From Anaerolineaceae bacterium (GTDB lineage: Bacteria > Chloroflexota > Anaerolineae > Anaerolineales > UBA11579), in NCBI GenBank assembly GCA_900299355.1, contig OMJR01000082.1, positions 1 through 39,389 on the forward strand: a stretch of DNA of 39,389 nt, written 5' to 3'. The position numbers and the translations under genes were made by a program. Below the pieces are notes generated by a model that was not told the origin of the DNA, did no database searches, and saw nothing but the letters and a program-made list of their open reading frames with translations. Every line of letters starts with the position of its first letter. Position 1 is the stretch's first letter. This document shows positions 6,873 to 17,687 of this stretch, in pieces.

Positions 6873-8807
6873 TCAACCGGCTTCTTTGTCTGAATCCACC
6901 TTCAGTTTCATCTGCATTTGTGGGCGTTGAATGCCCTCTGCAATCAGTTGGGCGATACCTTCCGGTTCGCCGGCCTGGGCGAACAGCCACCCCTGAATGT
7001 GGTGGCAGCCAAGCGATTCATAGAACTCAAGTTGGGCCTCGGTTTCCACGCCTTCAGCCACCAACTCTACGCCCAGATTTTCGGCGATCGTCGCGATCCC
7101 GCGTACCACGGCGGCATAGCTGCTTGACGAGGAGATTTGCGGCGCGAACTTCTGGTCGATTTTGAGTGTATCGAATGGGAATTGGGCCAGCTGGCTTAGG
7201 GTTGAGTAGCCGGAGCCTAAATCGTCGACCGCCAGGCGCACGCCCAAATCATGCAAATCATCCAACACGGACAGGATTTTCTCAGTATCGTGGAAGATGA
7301 TTTTTTCGGAGAGTTCCAACTCCAATAGGTGGGCTGGGAAACCAGAGTGCTTTAGGTTCGTGCGGATGCGCTCCACGAAATCGGGGTGATTGATTTCGCG
7401 TTCGGATATGTTGACCGCCAGGCGCACATCTGGCAAGCCCATCGTGCGCCATTCGTTGACCTGGCGCAGGGCTTCCTCCAGCATCCACACCGCCAGGGGC
7501 AGAATCAGGCTGGTTTCTTCCGCGAGCGGAATAAACTGGCTGGGGAGCAATAGGCCCTGGGTGGGGTGCGGCCAGCGGCTGAGCGCCTCAATGCCGACTA
7601 CCTGTCCGCTGGTGGAATCCACTTGCGGCTGGTAGGCCAGGGTCAGCTGCTGGTCCGGGATTGCTTTGCGCAATTGGCTGCCCATCTCCAGGCGTTCCAA
7701 CGCCTGGTTTTGCATGCGCTTGGAATAAAAGCGTAAGTCATTTTTTCCATCGGCTTTGGAGTAATACATGGCGCGGTCTGCTTTTTGGATGAGGCTTTCT
7801 ACATCCTGGCCGTCCTCTGGGTAGAGGCTGATGCCGATGCTGGCGGTGACGAAGGCTTCGGCATTGTCGACGTGAAAGGGTTTGGCCACAGCTTGAATCA
7901 AATTGCGGCCGACCTGCTCAACGCCGGAGACATCCGTGAAGCCCTGCACCACGATGGCGAATTCATCGCCGCCCAACCGGGCAACCGTGTCCACCTTGCG
8001 GATCCCAGCTGCCAGGCGGCTGCCGATGAGCTTCAGCAGCTCGTCGCCTTGCTTGTGCCCGAAGGCGTCATTGACCTTCTTGAAGCCGTCCAAGTCCAGG
8101 AAGAGGACGCCTACCTGTTCGTTGTTGCGGTCGGCGCTGTAAATCGCCTGGGACAAGCGGTCACCCAGCAGGGTGCGATTGGGCAGCCCCGTCAACGGGT
8201 CGTGGGTGGCAAGGCGCTGCAGCTCGGCCTCAGCGCGCTTGCGCTCACTGATATCCCGCACGGAGCTTTGGAAAATGCGCACCCCTTGCAATTCCACCAG
8301 CACGGTGCTGACCTCCACCGGAATGTGACGGCCGTCTTTGTGCATATGGGTGCGCTCGAAGGTCAAGTAGCCTTCTTCTTCTAGCCGCTGAGTAATCTCG
8401 TCGCGGTCGCGGCGGTCGTCGTCAATATTTAGGTCATCGATCTGTGTGCCAATTAGCTCGTCGCGTTCGTAGCCCAGGCGCTGGGCAGCGATTTCGTTGC
8501 AATCCAGGATGCGGCGTGTGGCGGCTTCAATAATGAAAATCGAATCGGAGGCGTTATAAAACAGGCTGCGATACTTGACTTCGCTTTCCTTCAGCGCCTC
8601 GGCTGACTGCTCCTGCTCGGTGGCATAAAGCTCCTGCATCTCGTGCGAGGATATCGCCAGCGACCGTTCCAGCAGGTAGCGGTCCTGGTCGGCCTGGCCG
8701 TAGGTGCGGTCTACTTGCTGCAGGAAAGCCTGCCACTCCTCATCGGTGGGTGCTTTGTCTTGTTCCAGCAGCAGGCGGCGTAGTTGGCGGATAAGGATTT
8801 TATGCAC
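6873..8807 (-). CDS. PAS-GGDEF-EAL signalling protein (putative bifunctional diguanylate cyclase/phosphodiesterase)
   Basis: 644-aa ORF with a GTG start at 8807. It has a PAS block (SIFIIEAATRRILDCNEIAAQRLGY), a GGDEF block (RLGGDEFAIV) and EAL blocks (EALSRW, DDLGSGYS, KIDQKF). Confidence 0.9.
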   Translation of the reverse strand: MHKILIRQLRRLLLEQDKAPTDEEWQAFLQQVDRTYGQADQDRYLLERSLAISSHEMQELYATEQEQSAEALKESEVKYRSLFYNASDSIFIIEAATRRILDCNEIAAQRLGYERDELIGTQIDDLNIDDDRRDRDEITQRLEEEGYLTFERTHMHKDGRHIPVEVSTVLVELQGVRIFQSSVRDISERKRAEAELQRLATHDPLTGLPNRTLLGDRLSQAIYSADRNNEQVGVLFLDLDGFKKVNDAFGHKQGDELLKLIGSRLAAGIRKVDTVARLGGDEFAIVVQGFTDVSGVEQVGRNLIQAVAKPFHVDNAEAFVTASIGISLYPEDGQDVESLIQKADRAMYYSKADGKNDLRFYSKRMQNQALERLEMGSQLRKAIPDQQLTLAYQPQVDSTSGQVVGIEALSRWPHPTQGLLLPSQFIPLAEETSLILPLAVWMLEEALRQVNEWRTMGLPDVRLAVNISEREINHPDFVERIRTNLKHSGFPAHLLELELSEKIIFHDTEKILSVLDDLHDLGVRLAVDDLGSGYSTLSQLAQFPFDTLKIDQKFAPQISSSSSYAAVVRGIATIAENLGVELVAEGVETEAQLEFYESLGCHHIQGWLFAQAGEPEGIAQLIAEGIQRPQMQMKLKVDSDKEAG

Positions 8808-8813
8808 GTGCGG

Positions 8814-9956
8814 CTAGGCTTCCTGGATGGTGGTGAGGGTCATGGTCTGGTTGTGCAGTTCGCAGGTGCCATCCGTGTAGGGCGAAATTTCGCCATACGA
8901 ATAAAAGCCGATTTGCTTCACACCGGGGGGCAGCACTTCCAGGGCGGCCTCCAGCTCTTCCTCGGTGCGCTCGCCGAGCACCAGGCGCGTGCCGACGCAG
9001 CTAATCGCAATGGAGAGGGTCGGCTGGTCTCCGGAGCAGCCGTTCTCGCTGGTCATCAGCGCGGCTTCGTTGGCGCCATTGATAAGGCGGTCGAAATTGG
9101 CTTTCATGAATTGGGCGTAGGAACCGTTGTGGATGTCACCAGCAAAGGTCAGCGAATTGGCTTCTTCATCAATAGACAGAATCGTGCGCACAATGCTCTT
9201 CTCGTCACCCTGGTCGGTGCTCAGCGCTAGCGGAAAGAGTAAGGCGCTGGATGGCAAATCTGCGGCCAGGTCGCCCAGGTACTCTTTGTAGAGGTCCAGG
9301 GCCGGGCGGCCGTCCAACTCGTAGAGCACATTGCCAGCCGCATGCGTTACCTGGCGCTTGGGGCCGAACACATCCCAGCCACCCTTGGAGCCGTGGCCGA
9401 CCCGCACGTGGTCGCCGTAGAAACCCACCGCACACACGTAATCGAGCCCGAGACGCTTGCCGTTGAGTACCCAAGTGCGCTCAAAGCGGTCGCCGTCGCC
9501 GGCCAGGCCGCCGGTGACCACCACCGACGCGGGCAAATGGTCGACCAGGCCGCGCACCAATTCGCTGCCGTTAATACTGGTGCCGTTAGATAGCACAAAG
9601 AGCGCGCGCAGATCGTCGCGGGCCAGGTCGTCAGCCAGGTGTTGGCCGGCATGATAGGATTCGTCGGAGGCGGCGACTTTGGTGCTGGTGGAACGCACTT
9701 CGCTTTTGTCGAAGCGCACAACTGTTACGGACAATGAACTGTCGTTGATATCCGCGCCGTAGATTTCACCCGCGGTTGAGCAGCCGATACAATGCGAATT
9801 GGGGTAGGCGGCCGTCAATTCTTCAATGGCCGCAGCATTGTCAATGTAATCCGGCGAGCCAAATACCAGAACCAGCGTGTCCGGAGAGTCAAGCTCCGGG
9901 AACTGGGCGACTGACCAGCCCGACTTCAGGTGATGAGTAAACGTATCAATTTGCAT
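8814..9956 (-). CDS. FIST-domain sensor protein (FIST_N + FIST_C; NosP-like architecture)
   Basis: The ORF track extends to 10016. I prefer ATG 9956 (MQIDTFTHH...), which has GAGGGA 4 nt upstream. The C-terminal GFYSYGEISP is typical of FIST_C. The stop is 6 nt before the GGDEF-EAL start. Confidence 0.8.
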   Translation of the reverse strand: MQIDTFTHHLKSGWSVAQFPELDSPDTLVLVFGSPDYIDNAAAIEELTAAYPNSHCIGCSTAGEIYGADINDSSLSVTVVRFDKSEVRSTSTKVAASDESYHAGQHLADDLARDDLRALFVLSNGTSINGSELVRGLVDHLPASVVVTGGLAGDGDRFERTWVLNGKRLGLDYVCAVGFYGDHVRVGHGSKGGWDVFGPKRQVTHAAGNVLYELDGRPALDLYKEYLGDLAADLPSSALLFPLALSTDQGDEKSIVRTILSIDEEANSLTFAGDIHNGSYAQFMKANFDRLINGANEAALMTSENGCSGDQPTLSIAISCVGTRLVLGERTEEELEAALEVLPPGVKQIGFYSYGEISPYTDGTCELHNQTMTLTTIQEA

Positions 9957-10088
9957 GATTCCCTCGTTACCTCGTACAGAAAAGCCATGATTTGCCCATA
10001 TGGTAAAGAAGTTCATACATTATACAACCGCACAGAAGTACTAACAGAGTTGTTAACCTATCAATTACTGTAGCAGGAGACAGGATAC

Positions 10089-10466
10089 ATGAGCGAGAAA
10101 GATAAACCATCGAACGAGTTAGAAAAGGAACGGGCCGATTCGGAAGGCATGAGTACCGCTATCGGCGCGGATGCGGCCCAGGACGAAGCGCAGTCATTGC
10201 TGGCTAAGCCTGAATTTCTGCAGGATGTGCTGGAATATTTCCGTGGGGATGAGGAACCGCTGACTATCGAGGAAGCGGCTCAGGCGCTGTTCGAAGAACT
10301 TGAAGGCCTGGATGAATACCAGCAATCCCTGGAGAAGCATGGCCCGGAACGGCTGCGCGCTAATATGCGGGAATTTCTTGGCGCGGACGAGTGGGCGGCG
10401 CTCAAAGAAGAGGAAAGTGAGCGGGCCGTGCACACCGATAAAACCCGCGGCGGCACGCCCGGCTGA
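10089..10466 (+). CDS. Hypothetical acidic protein
   Basis: 125-aa ORF. The ATG is preceded by AGGAGA. The composition is Glu/Ala/Leu-rich and helical-looking. No family recognised. Confidence 0.5.
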   Translation: MSEKDKPSNELEKERADSEGMSTAIGADAAQDEAQSLLAKPEFLQDVLEYFRGDEEPLTIEEAAQALFEELEGLDEYQQSLEKHGPERLRANMREFLGADEWAALKEEESERAVHTDKTRGGTPG

Positions 10467-10504
10467 CGCTGACAATTTTGCAAAGCTTGCTGCCCAAAAA
10501 GCGC

Positions 10505-10532
10505 TTGACATCAAAGCTCTTTTTGGTACAAT
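10505..10532 (+). promoter_or_regulatory. Sigma-70-type promoter for the E1 dehydrogenase gene
   Basis: TTGACA (10505-10510), a 16-nt spacer, then TACAAT (10527-10532). The spacer ends in TGG, an extended -10-like TGn. This leaves a leader of about 137 nt before ATG 10677. Confidence 0.55.
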
Positions 10533-10676
10533 ACTGGCGATGAACGTCCGGGTGCCCCCCTCACCTGGGCGTTTATCGCTTAAAGAGTCAGTGGCGATTT
10601 AGGCCGCTGTGTTACACTTGATTGTGTATCCCCAAACAGCCCCACAATTCATAGACCGCCCCGAAAGGAAGCGCTG

Positions 10677-13073
<2,397 letters not shown>

Positions 13074-13082
13074 AAGGATTGA

Positions 13083-13104
13083 AAGCCCGCTTCCGAGCGG
13101 GCTT
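13083..13104. terminator. Bidirectional hairpin terminator between convergent E1 and response-regulator genes
   Basis: AAGCCCGCT-TCCG-AGCGGGCTT (9-bp stem) followed by ATTTTTTG on the + strand and preceded by an A-rich run. It overlaps the regulator stop codon (13103-13105). Confidence 0.7.
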
Positions 13105-14284
13105 ATTTTTTGCTTTTCTTGGCGGGGGCGGTCAGTTCGGCCGGAAGGTGGGCGATATCGATTTGCGGCTCATCGCAAAACAGCATAGCGCGCTCAATCA
13201 CATTGCGCAGTTCGCGGATGTTGCCGGGCCAATCATGCTTGTTGAGGTCGTCCAAGGCTTTGGGGGTTACGCCTTGAATGTTCAGGCCCTTGCGCGGATT
13301 GAAATAATTGATGAAGAAGGCCACCAACTCGGGAATATCTTCTTTGCGCTTTTTGAGCGAGGGCAAGTCTAACTGCAGCACATTGAGACGGAAGTAGAGG
13401 TCCTCGCGGAATTCCTCGTTCTTAATCATTTCGGGCAGGTTCCGGTTGGAGGCGGCCACCACCTGTACGTCGACCTTAATCTCATTGTTGCCGCCCATGC
13501 GCACGAAGGAACGCTCCTCTAGTGCGCGCAGCAGCTTGGCTTGCATATCCAGCGGCATGGAGGCAATCTCGTCCAGGAAGAGCACGCCATCGTTAGCGTA
13601 CTCAATGCGGCCGACGCGGCGCTTTTCGGCGCCGGTGAAGGCGCCCGGCTCGTAGCCGAAGAGTTCGGACTCAATCATCGTGGCGGGTACCGCAGCGCAG
13701 TTGATAGCCACGAAGGGCTTATCGGCGCGCGGGCCCATGCTGTGAATGGCCTTGGCGACGATTTCCTTGCCGGTGCCGGTCTCGCCGGTGATGATGACGG
13801 AGGTGTTGGTCTGGGCGGCGCGCTCGGCCTGACGCATCAGGTCGGCCATAGCTTTGGTCTTGCCGAGCACATAATCTGTATCGCGTTCGGCGCGCAGCTG
13901 CTGCAGCTCACGCTTCATGGCTACCTGGCTGCCGGCGCGCTCAATCGAGGCTTCCAGGCGCTCGAACTTGATGGGTTTCTGCAGGAAGTCGTGGGCGCCG
14001 TTCTGCATGGCCTCAACCGCCATCTCGATATCGCCGTGGGCGGTAATCATAATGATGGGCGGGCGGTTCATGTCCGCCGCGGTTTCTTCCACGAAGTTGG
14101 TGCCCAGGCCATCCGGCAGCTGCACATCCAGCAACACGATATCGGCGCTATCGGTGGCTAGCACCTTGCGGGCTGACTTCAAGTCGCCAGCCTCCAGCAC
14201 CTCAAAGTCCTTCTTATTGAGGAACTTGGCGATGTTTTCGCGGGCGTTCTGTTCGTCGTCAACGATAAGGATGCTCAGGCTCAT
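13103..14284 (-). CDS. Sigma-54-dependent response regulator (REC + AAA+ bEBP) without a C-terminal HTH domain
   Basis: 393 aa. The REC domain reads ILIVDDE...VLLDVQLPDG. The AAA+ domain has Walker A GETGTGKE, the GAFTGA loop (YEPGAFTGAEKR) and Walker B VLFLDEI. The protein ends 24 residues after ELRNVIERAMLF. Its ATG overlaps the kinase stop (ATGA). Confidence 0.9.
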   Translation of the reverse strand: MSLSILIVDDEQNARENIAKFLNKKDFEVLEAGDLKSARKVLATDSADIVLLDVQLPDGLGTNFVEETAADMNRPPIIMITAHGDIEMAVEAMQNGAHDFLQKPIKFERLEASIERAGSQVAMKRELQQLRAERDTDYVLGKTKAMADLMRQAERAAQTNTSVIITGETGTGKEIVAKAIHSMGPRADKPFVAINCAAVPATMIESELFGYEPGAFTGAEKRRVGRIEYANDGVLFLDEIASMPLDMQAKLLRALEERSFVRMGGNNEIKVDVQVVAASNRNLPEMIKNEEFREDLYFRLNVLQLDLPSLKKRKEDIPELVAFFINYFNPRKGLNIQGVTPKALDDLNKHDWPGNIRELRNVIERAMLFCDEPQIDIAHLPAELTAPAKKSKK

Positions 14285-16251
14285 GCGGGGTCAGGGTCCT
14301 TGTCGGGGTCGGGTGGGGCGGCGGGCAGCTTGATGCGGAAGAGCGTGCCGCCGGGGAAAGATTGCAGGCTGATGTCGCCTTTGTGGGTCATGATGAGGCT
14401 GCGGGTAATCGCCAGGCCCAGGCCGGTGCCCTCTTCTTTCTTGGTGGTGAAGAAGGCGTCGAAGACCACTTCGCGCAAATCCGGCGGGATACCCGGGCCG
14501 GTATCGGACAAATTGATTTCAACCCAGTCTTTGCCATCCTCGCTGATGGGCTTAATCTTGATGGCGATGACGCCGCCATCCTGGTCGTCCATGGCTTGCA
14601 GCGAGTTGGTAATCAGGTTGGTGAAGACTTGGTCCAGCGCGCGGCGGTCACCCATGATGTCGGGCGTGTCCTTGGCGACCTGGATGTGGCTGTCAATGTT
14701 GTTGCGGCCCATGCGCGGCTTCCAGCGCTCCAACTGTTGGCGGCAGAATTCGCCGATATCCATGCGCTCGGGGCTGTAATCGAGGGTGCGTGAAAAGTTC
14801 TGCAGACCCTTGAGGCGATGCTCCAGGCGGTCGCAATCTTCCATCAGCTTGGCCAGCTGTTCCTGAATCGGATCGTCGTCCGCAAAGTCGGTTTGCAGCA
14901 ATTGCAGGCCGGTGCTCATGTTGTTGATGGGGTTGCGCATCTCGTGGGCTACCCGGGCGATCACTTCGCCCAGTTCGGCGCGCTGGCGCAGCTGCTGGCT
15001 GCGAATATGGAAGTCTTCATGCTCGCTCAGGTCGGTAATTAATACCGCCAATTGAGACACGGCTTCGCCCTTGGCGATGGAGGCCACGCGCACATGCGCC
15101 AGGAAGTCGCTGCCGTCGCGGTGGTGCAAATGAATTTCGCCGACGTCCACCAGCTTGTTGTGCTGGGCGACATCTTCCAGGGTGGAAAGCAGCGAACGGG
15201 TGCTAATCAGGATTTCGTTGGCGTGGCGGCCCTGCGCTTCGCGGGCGGTGTAGCCGAGCATGCTTTCGGCGGCTGGATTGATGTCGGTTAGCTGGAGTTG
15301 ATTGTCAAAGAAAATCAAACCGTCCTGCACGTTCTCCTGCAGGCGCTCATTGAGCTGGGCTTGCTCGGCCAGGCGCGCGAACTCGGCTTCCAGGTGGCGG
15401 TTCATCTCGCGGTACATGCCGGCGGTCATGGCCGAGGCGGCCAGGATTTGCGCCAGGGTCAGGATTTCGGCGGGCGGCCCGGCGGCCGCATCGGCGGCCA
15501 CCAGCAAGCCGCGGCTGGGCTGGGTGAGGTCCAGCGGGCTGCTGGCCAGGTAGACCAGTTTGTTGGCGTGGGCTAATTGGTGTAGCGGCGCTTCGACGGC
15601 CTTGCCAGCCTGCCACAGCTTGGGCGTGCGCAGGTGGCCCAGGTCGCGCTCGGCTAGGCGGGTGGGCCAATCCAGGCCGCTGCCGTATACGCTTTCCAGA
15701 CTGAGTTGCCCGGCTTCGCCTTCCACATAGAGCGCTAAATGGGCCGCGCCGGTGAGCAGGTTGCCAGCCTGCAGGATGCGCCGGTAGGTGGAGGCCAGTT
15801 CCTTTTGCTGGGCGGCCAGGTTGAGCATGTGCAGGGCCTCCCAGCGTTCCTTCTGCAGCTTTTGCTGGACGCGCTGCTGCTCGATGCTGGCTGCCGGTTG
15901 AATGCTGAGCGCGCTCCAGCCCTCGCCGCCGTTCAGCGGGCTGACGGCCAGGCGCACGGCCATCGTGCTGCTGTTGCGCTTGACCAATTCCACGGGCAAA
16001 TCCTCAGCAGCGTGGCTGAGCTTACGAATCGCAAAACCCGGCAGCAAGGTGCCGAGTTGGAGTTCGCTTAATTCCTGGCGGGTGTAGGCGCTGAGCTGGG
16101 TCGCCTGGGCGTTGCCCAGCAGCACCCGGCCGCTACGCCCTTCAACCAGCAGGGTAGCGTGGGGCAGCAGGTCCAGCAGGCCTTCCAGTTCCTCCACGCC
16201 CTGGTTGCGTTTCTTGAAGAGCGCCAGGTCGCCAATGTTGGATAGAGCCAT
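14281..16251 (-). CDS. Cytoplasmic PAS/GAF-containing sensor histidine kinase (NtrB-like)
   Basis: 656 aa with no TM segment. It has PAS-like blocks, the H-box VAHEMRNPINN, an N-box (NLITNSLQA) and the G-boxes DTGPGI and GTGLGLAI. Confidence 0.9.
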   Translation of the reverse strand: MALSNIGDLALFKKRNQGVEELEGLLDLLPHATLLVEGRSGRVLLGNAQATQLSAYTRQELSELQLGTLLPGFAIRKLSHAAEDLPVELVKRNSSTMAVRLAVSPLNGGEGWSALSIQPAASIEQQRVQQKLQKERWEALHMLNLAAQQKELASTYRRILQAGNLLTGAAHLALYVEGEAGQLSLESVYGSGLDWPTRLAERDLGHLRTPKLWQAGKAVEAPLHQLAHANKLVYLASSPLDLTQPSRGLLVAADAAAGPPAEILTLAQILAASAMTAGMYREMNRHLEAEFARLAEQAQLNERLQENVQDGLIFFDNQLQLTDINPAAESMLGYTAREAQGRHANEILISTRSLLSTLEDVAQHNKLVDVGEIHLHHRDGSDFLAHVRVASIAKGEAVSQLAVLITDLSEHEDFHIRSQQLRQRAELGEVIARVAHEMRNPINNMSTGLQLLQTDFADDDPIQEQLAKLMEDCDRLEHRLKGLQNFSRTLDYSPERMDIGEFCRQQLERWKPRMGRNNIDSHIQVAKDTPDIMGDRRALDQVFTNLITNSLQAMDDQDGGVIAIKIKPISEDGKDWVEINLSDTGPGIPPDLREVVFDAFFTTKKEEGTGLGLAITRSLIMTHKGDISLQSFPGGTLFRIKLPAAPPDPDKDPDPA

Positions 16252-16254
16252 AAA

Positions 16255-17667
16255 TTAGTTTGCGGTCGCCTTGCGTAGGTGGGCCGGCAGAATGCCCTCC
16301 ATATTACGGTATTTGGCCACGGTGCGCCGCGCAATCTTGTAGCCCTCTTTGGCCAGCAGCTTGGCTAGCTTGGTGTCGCTGAGCGGCTTCTGCTCCGGTT
16401 CGTCCTTGATGATTTCTTTCAGCGCCGTGCGGATGTGCAGGCTGCGGTCGAAGAATTGGGAGAGCGGCACAATCTTATTGTTGGGCAGCTGCACCGATTT
16501 ACCGGAGACGGCGCGCGAAATGGTCGATTCATGCACGCCCAGTTCGTCGGCCAGGCTGGAGCGGGTGAGCGGCTTGATGTGGGCGTTGCCCGCCATGATG
16601 TAGTCGCGCTGTACGACGGCCAGGATTTGCATCAGACGTACAATTGTGTGATTGCGCTGGGCCAGGCATTTAATCAGCAGGGAGGCTTGCTCCAAGTCAA
16701 TTTTCCACTGCTCAGCCTTGTCCCCTGGCGCTTCCTTGAGCGCCTCCTGGAAGAGCGGGTTGACGCGCAGCAGCCCGCGCAGCGGCCAGGTAACCTCGAC
16801 CACCAGGCGGCCACTATCGGTACCTTGCTGCTCGCGGATAATCAGGTCGGGCCGCTGGTAGGTGGCGGGTGCCTCGTTGGTGGCGGTGCGCTGGTTGCCC
16901 CAGTAAGCGCGCGCCGGATAGGGATTGAGATTGCTGGTGATGAAATCGGCAATCTCTTCGGCGACCTTTTTGCTGGTGCCCAGCAATTGGGCTAATTCAC
17001 CGTAATGGCGCTTGCTGAGAAAGGCCATGCCTTCCTGGATGGTGCGCGCGCACAGTTCGGAATCGGGAGCTTCGTCGGCCAGTACTTCCAATTGGGTCAG
17101 CAGCGCCTGGGTGGGGTTGAGCGCGCCGACGCCGATGGGGTCGGCGTGGCGGATGAGGTCGGTGATGGATTCCACCGTGGTGACCGGCACCATGCTGTAG
17201 CGCGCCTCGGCTTGCAGGTCGGCGGTCAACAGGCCGTCCTCGTTGAGGCTGGTCAGCAGGCGGGCGGCGATTTCGAGTTCGTTGGGCTCCAGGTCGGGCG
17301 CAATCTGGCGCAGCACATAGCTGGGCAGGTCTTCGGTATCCGCGTTGGGAATCTCTTCGGAGAGGCCCTGGCCGCTGCCAGCCGAATAGCTGGAGTCGGA
17401 AGGCGCCACAAACACCAACGGTTCCTCGTCCAAACCGGAGGCCGAATTGCATGTGGGGCAGTAGGCGCCGGGGCGCAGGCTGCGTCCGCAGCCGGGACAG
17501 TGACGGCCTTCGACCAGTTCCAGGGCGGGGTTCTCGGCCAGGGCGGCTTCGATTTCCTGGTTCAGTTCCTGGGAATTCAAGCCCAGCAAGCTCATCGTCT
17601 GTGCCAGGTGGGCTGTCGCTTGGGGGCGTTGGGATTGGCTCTGGTAGTAACCTTGCTGTAAGGCCAT
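16255..17667 (-). CDS. rpoN: RNA polymerase sigma-54 factor
   Basis: 470 aa with a Gln-rich region I and a C-terminal HTH. The RpoN box ARRTVAKYR is present (GYKIARRTVAKYRNMEGILP). AAGGAG lies 6 nt upstream of the ATG. The stop is 3 nt before the kinase ATG. Confidence 0.92.
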   Translation of the reverse strand: MALQQGYYQSQSQRPQATAHLAQTMSLLGLNSQELNQEIEAALAENPALELVEGRHCPGCGRSLRPGAYCPTCNSASGLDEEPLVFVAPSDSSYSAGSGQGLSEEIPNADTEDLPSYVLRQIAPDLEPNELEIAARLLTSLNEDGLLTADLQAEARYSMVPVTTVESITDLIRHADPIGVGALNPTQALLTQLEVLADEAPDSELCARTIQEGMAFLSKRHYGELAQLLGTSKKVAEEIADFITSNLNPYPARAYWGNQRTATNEAPATYQRPDLIIREQQGTDSGRLVVEVTWPLRGLLRVNPLFQEALKEAPGDKAEQWKIDLEQASLLIKCLAQRNHTIVRLMQILAVVQRDYIMAGNAHIKPLTRSSLADELGVHESTISRAVSGKSVQLPNNKIVPLSQFFDRSLHIRTALKEIIKDEPEQKPLSDTKLAKLLAKEGYKIARRTVAKYRNMEGILPAHLRKATAN

Positions 17668-17687
17668 GGCGGCTCCTTAGTGGGGCG

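Noticed and set aside
9957-10016. 20-codon N-terminal extension of the FIST gene
   Set aside because: There is no SD before ATG 10016. ATG 9956 has GAGGGA upstream. A TATAAT on the minus strand (10020-10025) would start transcription at or after 10016.
10533-10676. TPP riboswitch upstream of the TPP-dependent E1 gene
   Set aside because: The conserved CUGAGA and ACCUGAUCUGGAUAAUGCCAGCG-type cores are not visible. I kept it only as an unexplained structured leader.
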